A stretch of DNA of 63,806 nucleotides, filler included, from Choristocarpus tenellus KU-1152 (Eukaryota > Protista > Phaeophyceae): assembly GCA_964200185.2 (NCBI GenBank). It is 10 parts of 10 records of this genome, joined end to end, with 100 filler letters (N's around TTAATTAATTAA, not from the genome) between each part and the next. Parts side by side here need not be neighbours in the genome. Positions count along the whole stretch, not along the records: positions 1 to 14,763 come from CAXNAD020001118.1; positions 14,864 to 21,734 come from CAXNAD020007172.1; positions 21,835 to 26,323 come from CAXNAD020014324.1; positions 26,424 to 31,585 come from CAXNAD020011661.1; 6 more parts are not named here. One strand, written 5' to 3'. The notes beneath the pieces were generated by a model. It was not told the DNA's origin and ran no database searches. It saw only the letters and a list, made by a program, of their open reading frames with translations. Positions within the stretch are counted from its first letter, which is position 1. Each line of letters begins with the position of its first letter. Shown here piece by piece: positions 13,905 through 27,345 of this stretch. Made by a program: the position numbers and the translations under genes.

Positions 13905-14215
13905 AGGAAATGACAAAAAATAATAATAAAAATTTAAGAAGGGCCAATGAGAGCGACAAAACACAAAAATAAATAAATAAAACGACAAAGAAACAGAAAG
14001 GGGAAAAAGTCGGTGGACAATGAGAGCAACAAAAATGTGAAATAAAATAAAATAAAATAAAATAAAATAAAATAAAATAATAAAAAATAGAAAGGAAAAA
14101 ATTAATTTGTGGATGATGAGGGTAACAAAAATGGAAACTGAATAAATATTAAATGAAATAAAATAAAAGGAAGAACAACAAAAGAAAGGGAAAAAAAGTC
14201 AGCGAATAATGTGTT
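13905..14215. repeat. AT-rich degenerate tandem repeat containing an (AATAA)n microsatellite
   Basis: Recurrent ATGAGRG..ACAAAA and GAAAGG..AAAA blocks; (AATAA)n at ~14041-14080. Confidence 0.7.
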
Positions 14216-14763
14216 GGAAAATAGTAGATAGTCTGGACTCTTGAAGCTTGAGAGTCCCAGAGAGTAATTAAGAGTTGTTGGTTCGTGTACTCCGTATCTC
14301 TGTTATTACCCTTGTAAAGATTCTTCTATCGGTGAGGATAGGATAAGTACTTTTAAGACAACTGAAAAGATAAGACTGAGACACCAAAAAGGAAAGGGGG
14401 TACCTTTGCTGATCCAAAGATCTGGTGTGCAAATAATTCACGAGCTAACAAAATTTCAAGACCAGTTCTGATAGTCATATAACAAACAATAATGTCATAC
14501 AACAATGACTGATACACATTATATGTGTAATTATTGTTGTACTTCAACATCCAGTCAAACAGACATATAAAACAATACAGTGACATACAACAATATATTC
14601 AGTACATCATATGCGTGGAAGTGTCAAAGGTGCCAAGTTCTCTGCTCAGGGGGGCAATCACAATCACCAGAATGAACTCTTCCACCTCGTTGGCTGTTTG
14701 GTCAAATCCGGATCTTACGGGTGTGGTTGGTTTATTGGACTGGTCGGTATGGGTGAGTTAAAA

Positions 14764-14863
14764 NNNNNNNNNNNNNNNNNNNNNNNNNNNNNNNNNNNNN
14801 NNNNNNNTTAATTAATTAANNNNNNNNNNNNNNNNNNNNNNNNNNNNNNNNNNNNNNNNNNNN
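14764..14863. other. Artificial contig spacer; also at 21735-21834, 26324-26423, 31586-31685, 36304-36403, 44508-44607, 48440-48539, 54384-54483, 61162-61261
   Basis: Identical N44-TTAATTAATTAA-N44 block that places stop codons in all six frames. Confidence 0.97.
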
Positions 14864-16144
14864 GCTTTAATCGGTACCACAGTATAACGGTATATGACAT
14901 ACGGCAATAACGGTATAATAACAGGCAAACATGCGTTCCACAGTTAGTAGTAGAGTAGCATATTGGAATCGTCTGATTCTGTTCTGACATGGTTCACTAT
15001 AACAAAGACGGCGAACAGGATGAATGAGTTAGACGGATCAGATGGACAAAGACAAACCGTACAGAGTATGAGGGGGGAAAGAGCACAAGGACTGAGTAAG
15101 TGGGGAGTATCATGGTTCGGATAGGGTTTAGAAAGAAGCCCCTCAAAGATGGGACATCCTCCTTCGGAAAACGTGGTCAAGAAAGGACGTTATAGGAAGT
15201 TACTAAACCCTATCCTTACGAAGATCCTCCACAAGTATTTATTATTATGCCCTCTGACATTTTGCAGATGTGCCAGGAGAGAAACAAATGAAAACTATAC
15301 ATGTCAGTATAAGCCCTAAAGAAATAAATGATCATAAATGTGAAAAACACTATAAAACACTGTGTGAAAAACACTAATCTGTTACTTCACCACCTTCAAT
15401 ATTGTACTACTGCCTTCCTGTGCTTCCCATCTACCTACTTCTGCGCCCCGGGGGGAGGAGCTAGGGAGGCATCCCAACAATCCAAGAAACCCCTCCTTAC
15501 CCATCTCCCTGGTGACTTTAGTTTAAAGCACATGGCACGTCTAGACAGTGCCACTTGCGTAGTCACTGAGACAATTTGGTGTAGCCGGGATTTGACTACT
15601 ATACATACGGCAATAGCGATGTGATAACAAGTGAGCTCAGCATGGGAATGGGCATCCCTTGTGAGTCAAAATAAGCGACACGTAACCAGAGTTACATTTG
15701 AAGGATTCTGACAAGTATGTCCAAAATTCGACTTTTTTTACAAATGCATATATGATTTTTTTCTGAATTCTGTGGAAAAGTAAAAAAGAGTAGAGAAATC
15801 GCTATAGTGTTATTATATCGACAATTTGTATTAGAAAACAATCCTACAAAACTTGGTAAAAAAAAGAAGTTCGAATAGTTCAACCTTCAATTCCCCAAAT
15901 TACAAAATGGAATCCTAATATTTTGGGGGAAAATCTTGACAGGTAACTAAAGTTATCTAAACAAGGAGAACCAGATCTAATTATCTGCCCTGAAGCTGCA
16001 CTAACCATACTCTATTACTATAGACCTATATTTAATAGTTTAATGTCTATCTTCTCTAAAGAAAAGCAAATGTTGTTATCCGGAGGGGTCAATGATAATG
16101 CAATAGAGAAATCAATGCTCTCAAGTCAAACTTAGCACTTCATA

Positions 16145-17056
16145 TATTACTATGCCCTCTGAAATTTTGGAGATGTGTCAGGGGAAAAGTCAATCCAATA
16201 TCATACACACTTCATCCACAGAAACATGGGTGAATTGCACAAGGTTGAAAAACTGACTTAAAACGGAAAACGACCAAAACCTGGGTACCGCTCAGTTGCT
16301 TTGACTATCCGTACTATGGAGGATGGTCGCCCATTCACAATAGACCGGAATTTCCACTTGGATGCGGTGTTCCATTTTGGGCCACTTAAGGACGCTGGAT
16401 CAGCTCTCAGCCCAGACAAAGACCTCGTCCTGGATGTTACGTTTGCAGAAGTGCAAGCAGCATCCCATCTGCAACACTCATCCACAAGCAACAGTGTAGC
16501 TGCTGCTCCAGCTGAGGCACAAAAGCAACCCATAACGAGGATTCTTTTGACCCTTGTAGTTTTAACCTCAACACCTTTGCAAGTGGAAAGTTTTGACCTC
16601 CTTGGTAAGCAAGCAGAAGGTTTTCTGGATGAGTTGACTACACACTCGGCAGGGGGGAGGGAGGTGGTAGGTTATAGCAGGAAAGGAACTGTCAAATCCA
16701 GCTTACGAAAAATAGGGACTGTTAGTACAAAAGTGGCTTTCTTGAGACGTGCCATGCCTTTCAAGCTAGAGACGCTGGGCAGATGGGCACGAAGGGGCCT
16801 GTCAGATTCTTAGGATGCTTCCCCAGCTCCTCACCCAATCGTGTAGGGCTAAGGCATAGCAGAAATGTACACGTAGCATTGGAATCACCAATCTTAAAGG
16901 GAGTGTTGTAGTACAGTTGGTATTCAAAATAGTAAATAGTTTTTTGAGGTTACACCTTAAACATTTACGACAATTGTTACATTTACAGGGGTCGTTGTGA
17001 TAAGGGTTCGGCTTTTTCCCTCACACATCTGCAAAATCTCAGAGGGCAAATAGTAT
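16145..17056. mobile_element. TIR element, family C (~45-bp TIRs); further TIR copies at ~15240-15285, ~31843-31889, ~32019-32061
   Basis: TATGCCCTCTGAAATTTTGGAGATGTGTCAGGGGAAAAG at the left end and its reverse complement CTTTTTCCCTCACACATCTGCAAAATCTCAGAGGGCA at the right end. Confidence 0.75.
16290..16813 (+). pseudogene. 3' fragment of an RLE-type (restriction-like endonuclease) non-LTR retrotransposon ORF
   Basis: Translation contains D..LVLDVTF, VAAAPAEAQK and VESFDLLGKQAEGFLDEL, matching the D...DV...AA..AE..K...VE.FG pattern of CRE-like RLE domains. No RT domain is present. Confidence 0.65.
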
Positions 17057-17629
17057 AACGCACAACCCTGCTTTCCAAATATGCATTATATAAATTAATA
17101 TAATATTATTATCGTGTCCTTCACTATAAAAGTGGCTCTCTAGAAATGTTTCATATGTTTTAAGGAAGAGACACGAAGTGGTCTGTCACATTCTCAGTAT
17201 GATTCCGTACTTCCTTCCCTACCTCGTACGGCTAAGCTAGGTTAGAGTCATACGAGGAGTGTAACTAGTTTCAAAGTACTTAACAATAATAATTAATAGT
17301 AGTATCAGAAATAGTAATATATTACATGCCTTCTGAATACTGTACATGTTGTCGGGATTGTGCAATGTGATGTAAAAAAAATAAGAAATGTGTAGGGAGA
17401 AGGGGAAAAAATATCGTACCACAATACCACACAACTGCTATAGAGATCCGAGAAGAGGAAACATATATAGGACAGAATATGTATAGAACAGAACAAAAAA
17501 TCAACATGCGTAGTGGCCGGGTACAGGAGGCATGATGTCAACACCCAAAATGCTTACACCTGCCCTAGGGAGGGAGGACAAGTAAGTACACCAGAAAAAG
17601 ACAATTGTGAAAAACTTAGTCCAACTCTG

Positions 17630-18045
17630 GAAGTGAATGGGCATTTCTTGCACTATGGAGGACGGTAGCCCGTTCACAGTGGACCTAACTTCCCCGTGGA
17701 TGTGGTTCCCTGTTGGGGCACTCACACGCTGGCTCGGATCCTCACAGGGACAAATACCTCTTAATTGATCTTGCTTTTCAAGCAGTATTCCATCTTCCCC
17801 ACTCGTCGACCAGCAATGGTGTAGCTGTTGCAGGAGGTGAGGCGCGAAAGTGCACCCACTACGAGGGATCTTTCGACCGTTGTAGTATTAATCTCAACAC
17901 CTTCGAGGTGGAAATTTTTGGGGCGCCTTGAAAAGCAAGCAGAAATTGTGTTGGGTAAGTTGGGCAAACATACAGTAGGGAGGAGAGGGGCAGGAAGATA
18001 TGTTAGGGATGGGACTGTCTAGTCCCGTTTGAGACAGAGCCTGTC
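17630..18045 (+). pseudogene. Second, frameshifted copy of the RLE-type retrotransposon 3' fragment
   Basis: Colinear with 16300-16720 (ACTATGGAGGAYGGT, DKYLLIDLAF, NGVAVAGGEARKCTHY, EVEIFG). Confidence 0.65.
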
Positions 18046-18153
18046 ACTCCGAAACATTTTGGAGTAGGAAGATGTCATAAAATTACCCCATGGGAAGCCA
18101 AGCCCCAAATGGACAAACAGGGCAAAACTCGTACCCTCTAAGATACTTTCAGT
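18046..18153 (-). mobile_element. MITE family A, half copy (central hairpin to one TIR)
   Basis: ACTCCGAAACATTTTGGAGTAGG...CCCAAATGGACAAACAGGGCAAAACTCGTACCCTCTAAGATACTTT. Confidence 0.8.
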
Positions 18154-20513
18154 CAATGCTTGCCATACACCCCTCATGCACCTTCGTTCCTCAGAAAAAC
18201 TAAGACACTCCAATCACCATGCTGCAAAAGTCACATCAAATGTATCCCCCTCACTCTCAACCACAGCACATGTTCATCCCACAAACAAAATAGCACTCAT
18301 CTATGCCATCCTTCTGGTTCGAGCTCTTGTTTGAGATGTGCACCAACAGAGTCACCGCCTCCCCTTTCGCCTTGTGTGTGCTGGAAATGCACTATCGCTG
18401 GTACTTCATTAGGAAATTACTCCATTGCTCAAATGTATCAGCATTGCGGTCAAACTAACTAGTGAAAGCAGCAGTGCGGGGAGATGTGAAGGGGAACGCT
18501 ATTATTATTTTTAACAATGATAGGTTATGTGATCAAAAAGTAAATGACGTGAAGGAGAAGGACACTATAGAGATAGACTAAAATGGACAAAAGCAACTCT
18601 TGAAATGTGGAAGACTTGTCTCAATAATGATGACTACCTCTTCCCATATGCTCCTCATACCGAAATTGCTTCATCAGACTCATCTCGACAGCGAGGACTA
18701 TCTCTTTACATGGTGCTCCTCATACCAAAATTACTCCAAAATGAGCAAAGCACCACAATCCCATGAGATCACAAAAAAACGCCTTCTTGAGACCCTACTA
18801 ACTTTGGTGAGATGTCAGCAGTCACCTGACTGTACACAATACATGTGTGTATCAAAGAAAAGGAGTGAAGATGGGAAGGAGGTCTTGCCCTTTCTGAGTC
18901 TAGGCACACTTAGAATATCACAAAAGGTTGGCCTTGGGTATTAGGCTTGTGTGTGTAAAGAATGTTGAACACTCACAAATCTTTAAACTTAAAACTAAGG
19001 TCTACCCTACTCGCACATCAGGTGAACTAATGGAATGTTGAACTTCTGGATTGTCATTTCTCATCTACTGTAATGTATGTATGCACCCTTTATCGAACGT
19101 CTGAAGATTATCAAGTTCAACATGGACCAACACCGCACAACAACTTCGGCAATGCAGTGTACCTTAACTCAATTAAAGTTCAATCACAACATCGACCTCC
19201 TTTCCTAGCATTCAATCCTGTGTGTAGAGAGAAGGTTTTTCTGTTATTTTGCCGTTATTGTTGTGTGCCATGTACTGTTACACTGATTGAGGTTCCTTGT
19301 CAGGAATCCCCAATTCCAGTGGAGAATCTGATCATTAATTGAGGCGTGGAATCTTTTCAAGAAACTTACCCTACAAGTAGTGGACATCTCCCCCACCAGA
19401 GATGTCACACATCAAAGATTCTCTTTGTTGTCACCTCTTGACTTTTGTGATGATCCCCCTCTCATAAGATTCTCATCACTCTACAATTTTCTGCAAGTCC
19501 TTGCAGTCTTGCACTTGTCCAACTTAACCTCGTCCTCTCAGGTACAGTTTGTCTTGGTCCGTTTGGTTCGTCTTGCCAATGATTCTCTTCACCACCCTAC
19601 CCTAAGTGAACCACACCGCCACAGAATCATACAATTCATGTGTGTGCCCAATTCCTTACTTCGCAATACCAGTACTGCATAGAGGGCGAACTCAACATCC
19701 ACATGCGATTCAAAACCAATAGGAATTGTATCCTACCTCACATCCTCATTCCATACACATTGCATCCATGTCAAGGGAGACTTCCCCACTATTGTTATGA
19801 TCTCACTCCACAATATTATCAGAGGAGTGATGTGACATCTTGAAAGCAGAGAACCTATGATCCCCTCATTCTTTGCACTAGCTACCACACATTTATGTTC
19901 AAAACCCGCCTATTCGATGGATAGCCGCTGCATCCCATCACTCATCAAAGAAATTTAGCCACAATTTCAAAACAATCAACACCATCAAACTGTAACTGTA
20001 ACTCCCACACCAAGGTACGATCAAGGCATGCCCTTGTTCTGGTGGTCTCTGTATCTCATCTATCTCACCCCCTCACTCAATGCAAATTGCTTTCATATAT
20101 GAGGGCCAACCCACCTAGTTCTTCCGGTCTACGTCCGGTATACTCCAAGAGGATTGAAGCAACCAGGTGGAAGTAGAGGAGTTGTAGTTTTGTTCTTGCG
20201 TTGTTCTTGTACTCCTTCCAGTAGAAATGCTGTGTCCGCCGTTTGATTGCCCACCAATTGTTCATACAAAAACAGACTGCAGGATCATCCTCCGGTTTCA
20301 AGGCCTTCTCAGCCCAACTATTTAAGGAGTTAGAAGTAACATTAACCTAGTGGTCTCATTATTGATGTGGATAGAGAGAGCAGAGTTGGCTGTGGATGAA
20401 AAGACTAGGAGAAAAACACATCTGATACAGAACAGAACGGAGACCAAACGCACTCCATGAGACCCCCTACAGGCCAATGGATAGCATGTGTGTTTGAATG
20501 CTTGAGAGTGACA

Positions 20514-20725
20514 GAGTCAAAGTCTCTTAGGGGGTAAAGCCGCGTCCGTTTGGGGGCCAAAATCTAACGTTGCGATTTTAATAAAATATTGCTATATCTT
20601 TATTAGGTAGTGTCTAGATCCTTGTTCCGGACACACCTTTACATAATGTCATCAAAACCCCATGGGAAGCCAAGCATCAAACGTACAAGCAGGGCAAAAC
20701 TTCTACCATCTAAGATAATTTCAAT
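20514..20725 (-). mobile_element. MITE family A, internally deleted copy
   Basis: Both TIRs present in degenerate form; the central hairpin is missing. Confidence 0.75.
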
Positions 20726-21887
20726 TGCAAGTACGTAAGTACGCACCTCTGTCCCATCAAGGACCTCCATCCTGTCTTTTCCTTGAAGGTTGGGCGGGAC
20801 AGCCTTTCGACAGGTACAATCCTCCTTGTACAGGTCAGAGGATTTACGATTTGATGCCTAAAAGTATCGCAACCACGAAGGGGTAGGAGAATATTCAGTA
20901 ATGAGCATAATTTGTTCAATGGTCGACATACCTTCAGAAATAATTGTCTACGTAGGTGGGTGTTATATATATATATATAATGCTCACATATCATATATAA
21001 CTCTTGAAAGGTTATGCAGACATCAGTTCGTGTAGCACATACAAGAACGACTATCAATGGTACTAGAATGACTGATTTTGTGTCTAGTGTCTAATGCAAA
21101 TAGTGGTTTTGGTCGTTAGGAGAGCGCATTCGCCGGGCGATAGTATCTTCCTTACGCTCGGTACCAACTTTGCGACCTAGTCATTTCTAATCGTGCATTA
21201 AACTTCTGCGTATAGCTGACGGGGGTTGTTTGAGTGGTGTGCTATTCTCGGTATAGAATGGGAAAATGGGAAAACAAAGTGGGGGAGAGTTCTTCCCGCG
21301 CCCCATCACGTGTTCTCTGCGTGAGGTGTGAGGTTGGCTGTTTGACTTTGGGTTAACAACAACACCGTTCGAGAAACTACCGTTGTGTAACCCAGAGTGA
21401 TTCTTGTGTATTTAACTTCTCACTATCATTGATATGCCCTCGCACCAATTTCGTCCCTCATACGAGGTCAGCTGTAGCTGGGATGGAACAGCGGACATGC
21501 TCCCCTTGTCGAGCTGAATCAGAATAACAGAGTCAAGGTTTTTAATGTCGTCCTAATTAGGGACTTTTGCTCAAACATCCTTCCACCTCGACTATCTGCA
21601 GCAATTATACGATTTATGGTCTCAGCACCATTGCAATAGATACCTTTCTACCCCCCCCCCCCCCCCCTCTCTCCCTTTCTTTCCAATGGTGCCCTCCCAA
21701 CCCAATTGTTTACACATGCATTGGGCGAAACTACNNNNNNNNNNNNNNNNNNNNNNNNNNNNNNNNNNNNNNNNNNNNTTAATTAATTAANNNNNNNNNN
21801 NNNNNNNNNNNNNNNNNNNNNNNNNNNNNNNNNNCCCCCCCGTCCCCCGTCCCACCCCAACAACACTGCGGTAAAACTCAACTGCAG

Positions 21888-24375
21888 GTTGGTTCCGCGT
21901 CATTGTACACGTCGTCTCTTGCGTCTAAGGCGGGTCGCTCCGTCTCCCGCCTGGCGTGGGACTCCAACGGTGTCAGCGATGGAGGCAACCGCGGTAGTAG
22001 CAGCAGCAGTCGCGGATCTAGGAGGAACTACCCCCTGCACTACTTGCTCAGGGCCTCGTGGTCTGGCTCATCGTCTTCCTGGGGGACTGCGCCTGCGTTG
22101 GATGGGAGCAAGGGTGGAGCAGGGCGAGGTGGTTTGATCCAGAAACGACACCAGAGACCAGCGACTGCAACTGCTGGTCGCTTTCTGGGGTTGCACCCAG
22201 CTGCTGCGGCTGTGGCGGCCCGGTCCTCCTCCAAATCGGTTGAGAGTTGGGGACGGCATGAGGGTGGGGAGGAGGGCAATAATAAGGGGAGACTTATTAG
22301 AGGTTTCAGGAGGGTTTCAGATGGAGGCGTCGTAATTTCGTCATCAGGAAACAAAGACGGGGATGGTGCTGAGGTGGGTTGAGGGATGCGACTCTATTGT
22401 TCTTGTCAGAAAATGGGACAGAGTGCGAAGCTCGGGTGCTGTTATTGTTGTTGTACTCCTCTCTAGGCTAGATGATGGGTGTCCATGTGATGGACAGAAC
22501 TGTGCCACGAGTAACTGATGGTGCTCACCAAGGCAATCAATGTGAACGCCTGCATTCAGTTTGCCCCGGGTGTTACTTGCATCTCTGGCTTGCGTTTTGT
22601 CTCACTAATTTTTGGAAGGGCTCTCCTTGAAGTGGGTAGGCGTATGATAATGCTACGGCCAGATGTCGAGAAAGGGAGAAACTGAGAAATGTTAGATAAT
22701 AGAGAGACAATTTGTGTGTGTGTGCGCGCGCGTTTAATTTGTTGTGTGAATGTGTTATCTCAGACAACAGAGCTTGTAACACCTGCCACTATTTTCCCAG
22801 ACGCTCCAAGCACAAGCAAAGTGTTGCAAACAAGATGGTGTTCAACTCTGAAGAACCTCAATCGGATTGTTACATTTTTTCTTTTGCTGGTTGTTGGTGC
22901 CTATTGTTGGCGCAACGAGCAAATGAGGGTAGCCTGCAAGCAGGAAGGAAGCCCATGGCGTTCTTGATTTGAACATCTCAGTCCCCCAATTCCACGCGCT
23001 GCTCTTGTGTCCCCCTACGCATGAGGATGCAAGACTGTTCCCCGATGATTCAGTTGCAGTCACTCTCTGAACTCGCTTCAAGGTCCTCTCTTCTTAACCC
23101 TAACCCTAACCCTTCCCGTCCCGATCTAACGCCCTGCTACATAAGGAAAATCGTCCCCAGAGGAGTGGTGCTGGCATCAGACCAGCCTCTCAGGAAGTGG
23201 ATGACACGGAACCTTTGAGAAGTAATGCGCCCAGCAGCAGCCTGCATTCTTTTTGGAAGACGCATATGAAGTCGAAGTCTAGCCCGCCCACCCCCATGCT
23301 AGAGATGGAAAGACGATTGGTTGGGGAAGAACAGCGCACTGAAGACATTGAGGAAAGGAGTCATGATGAATGGTGTCTGGATTGGCCGTCATCCTCTGTG
23401 GTGGGTGACCAGGGGGGAAGTGATGCTTGCAGTCAACAGGGATCTGAAAGGACACAAGGGAGTCTTGAAGCTTCGACCCTTGCGGAGGAAGGTTGTGATC
23501 ATGACGGGGGGGAAGGGAGCAGTACCAGTAGGGAAAGCTCGAGCAGTAGAAGCTCAAGGCCAAAGATTATTGGTGGTGGTGTTGCTAATAGGAACAGCAA
23601 CTGGATGAAGGCCAGCACAAGCAGCATTTGGAGCGATGGCCATCCTGACCTTCCAGGAGAAGCGACCGTGCTTGGCGAGGTCGTCGACATCGAGGGAGGA
23701 GATCGTCTCACAGATGTGACCAATGAGGTTATCAACAACAGTGTTAGGATTGTGCCTCCCCAAGGTTGTAATGACAGTGGAGACAGTGACCCTTTTGCCA
23801 ACACTTCGGGAGCGAAAGCTATCCACCAACATGTCCAAAGCAACAGTGGCATTGGGACTCAATCCCAAAGCGGTAGCGATGCTGTCATCCGCACCAAGGA
23901 CAATGTCGGAAGGAGGCCTTCGCTGTCTAGGGTGTCCAAGCTGTGGCCGAGTCAGGCATCGGTCTCGCTCTCACTCTCAGTGTCCATGGAGGGCGGCGGC
24001 AAGTGTTACGGCGAGGGCAAGAGTGCTGGGGATGGGGCAGTAGAGGACAGCGAAGGTGAAGAGGGTCAGCTGAAAAGCGTCAGTCTTGATCCTATCACTA
24101 GCGAGGAATTTTATGCATCGGGCGGGGAGTTTGCCATCATGGTTGAAGGTATTTGCTCTTCGTTTCCTTCTCCCCCCAAGAGGATGAATGGCGAGTTCGT
24201 TGAATCGGGCAAGCAGGAGGGTGCGCGTTCAAGAGTTGAGAGTACTGTGCTGGTAGACATTGAACAGAGCTTATGCAGTTGTGGCCTGATAAATGATACA
24301 GCTGCGACAGAGGCTGGAGGTTCGAACAGGGAAACTTTGTCCTGGGTTAGAAACGGCGGAATCAAGCTGAGCTGA
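21888..24375 (+). CDS. Partial orphan gene, Ser/Gly/Glu-rich low-complexity protein; exons ~21888-22373 and ~23161-24375 (probable last exon), possibly more between
   Basis: Long GC-rich open frames beginning after CAG acceptors, a GAG|GTGGGT donor at 22373 and a 400-codon open frame. No recognisable domain. Confidence 0.6.
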
Positions 24376-26886
24376 GATGGACTGAACTGGGCTTGGGCTG
24401 GGGCTGAACCAGGTGTACAAGACGAAGACATTAAGGACCAACCTCCTATCTCCTCTTTTCGTTTATTTTAGTAGTAGTCCATGCCCAAAAACTAGTACAG
24501 CATAGCTTCTGCTGTGGTACAAGTAGGAGGGCCTGCAGCGCTGGTGTTGCCGAGGTCGATTGTTTTGTTGTGACCATGGGAGGAAACTGCTGGAGCTGCA
24601 CTAAATATTTTATCCTATTTAATTCTTAACCTAGAGTAGTGATAAATGTACACGGTAATAAATAGGACATCACGTCTCTGGGAGTACTCAAGCGAATTTA
24701 CTCTGGTAAAGTGATCACGATGTAGTTTTTGGATGTGATTGAGATGCACGTGCAGAGTGAATTCCTTTAGGTTAGTTAACCATATTTTCTAAGCCACAGC
24801 ACGCCTCAAGAGGAGTGTTGTGCACTTTGTTGTCACATATTAGTCATTGGTGTGGAGCATAGCTTGTCTTGGTACTTATGAAATAGGTAGGGAGGGACCC
24901 AAATATTTTCATTTTGGTTAGCACCTTTGCCGTGGGTGTGTGGTCCCCACTCTCAAGGACCCAAGGAGGCAATCAAGCAAAGAGAGTAGTGCAATAGTGG
25001 TAGTGATAATTAATATTATTCTTATTGCACACAAAAAGTTGTTGTGGTCATGATTGCATGTTGAGTGTATCGTGGAACACCATGGTGTGTTATAGTGCTG
25101 GCCCTGTCCTGGGGTTTATAAATATTTACGTATTTCACACCCTTACGTCGTTGCTACGCTGTTTTCACTAAGCACCCAATGAGGAAGGAAAGATGTAGCC
25201 GCTGTATATGTATGCATGCATGTTGTCTGTTCCTTTCTTCACTCATCTTCTTGATGTCAACAAGCAAGGTATGTATTGAACATGGACAACAACAACGGGC
25301 GGGTGAATGCATCAATCTAGTAGCCAAGAATACATTTTAGAGAGTGTCTCCTGGGAACGATAGATTGTCGTGTTGTTGCGTGGTAGATATCTCTCACATG
25401 ATCGACTTGAACCCTCTCCACCCAATGCAGAACGATTAATCTGTTGAATTGATTGGAAGAACCTCGCATATTGATCGGAAGATACAGGCTATGTATACAA
25501 CTGTGTAGAATAGGTAAGTAACTGTCGAATCGAGTCAAATCGAATCGTCTCCATTTCGTATAGTTTCTTGTTTTTTTTCTGATAACAAAAAAAAAGTCTA
25601 TCTACCCCCATTACTGACTTTACTCCCTGCTTTTCAAGGGATTCTGTAGTAGTGCACTGATGAGGAACCTCCACCTCTTTGGAAATCAAAGACGATGTTG
25701 AACATGGGGAGCTATGGTATCACGAGAGACACATCATGAATGTTGATAATGAAAGGTTGATGAAGAAAGGATTATTGGATTCCACTTTTGTGACTTGTTG
25801 GATAAAGGGGCCGGAAATGTTGAGGCCAAACCATTGGAGTAAACTAGGGAACCACCAGCACTGCATTGGACCAAATCGCTACTGGTACCCTAGTCATAGA
25901 TTAGCACTAAATTGGTGAGATTGCCACACCATGCATCATATTTCTCATGATGTCACACTTTCCCATGTTAGACAATGTCTTGTGATTCCCGTGGACGGTG
26001 GTGGTTCTTTAAGTGGTGGTGCTTCCTTAGTGCACGCCAGAGGCAACTCTCTCTGGCTGATTCCTGATCGCCGTGGTGTGTACCATCATCAGCATAGCTG
26101 TGGTCGTGCTTGACATCTACCTCAACCATTAACATTGATCATTGTCTCAGGGAATCTGGTGTGCACTACGAAACCCTCAACTCTTGGCAAACCCTCAGTG
26201 TCTTAGGGAATTGCGAGACAATGTCGAAGATGGGGAAGTACGGCATCATAAGAGACTGAAAGTATCTGGGAGGGGGTGGCGGCTGTCCATTTGGGGTCAA
26301 TTTTTTCATGTCGCAATTTTTGGNNNNNNNNNNNNNNNNNNNNNNNNNNNNNNNNNNNNNNNNNNNNTTAATTAATTAANNNNNNNNNNNNNNNNNNNNN
26401 NNNNNNNNNNNNNNNNNNNNNNNGGGGGGGGGGGTCTACAGCATGGTGTCCATTTGGGTCAAAATCAGGAAAAGTGCATTTACAGTAACCGTCCGACGTA
26501 TGCAATCAACTCACCCAAAAATCGTGACATGAAATAATTGACCCCAAATGGACAGTCGCCACCCCCTCACAGATACTTTGAGCCACCACAACATCCGTCT
26601 GTCGAGTGTGACGTGGTGACACCTTCGATATGCACGTGTAAGAGCTCCGATACCATTGGAACCTTTCCGATAAGGTTCGTATCACGTCGCAATGCAGTCT
26701 CGATATAACTTGCACGAATGGTATCATCACGCGCGCGCGTATCTTAGTCCAAAAACCCCGCTAACCCTAAACTTAGAATTTGATCGCTTCTACTGACCGA
26801 CAGAACATACCAAATTTGTGCTTAGAAGTACGTTGCAAAATGGACATGTACGTATCAAACTGGTGCATTCGTGCTTTCACTTCTGT

Positions 26887-27345
26887 GGTTCAACGTAATG
26901 TTTTCCTGCTCAGGTTGTTCGTATTTCAAATCGACATACACACCCCTCAACCGTCTTGCCACCCTTTGGAATTTGGTGGCCTTTACCGTTCGACAGAACA
27001 CACCAAATTCATTCATTACTATCTTCCATATGTCAAGCATATACCTGTGCATGGTTGCCCTCACGACATCCAACCCGGGTCGGCCCATAAATTCCTTTCA
27101 TCTTTATCTTTCACTTTCGCGGTTCGACGTAATGTTTTCCTGCTCAGGATTACTGTCTCAAATCGACACACACACCCCCAACCGTCTTGCCGTGCTTTGG
27201 GAATTGATGGCCTTTACCATTCGACAAAACACATCGAATTCATTCATTACTGTCTGCCCTATGTCAAGCACAAACCTGTGCATGATTGCCCCTCTACATG
27301 TTACCTTGGTCGGCGCGTAAATCCTTCCCGTCTACGTACGGTATT
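26887..27345. repeat. 234-bp tandem duplication; part of the unit recurs inverted at ~29547-29620
   Basis: GGTTCRACGTAATGTTTTCCTGCTCAGG at 26887 and 27121. Confidence 0.85.

Noticed and set aside
14808-14819. Recurrent TTAATTAATTAA palindrome as a biological site
   Set aside because: Always centred in N runs of fixed length; it is an assembly linker.
20077-20350. Possible Mutator-like transposase remnant (VTSNSLNSW...)
   Set aside because: Only a short, weak motif resemblance with no DDE context.
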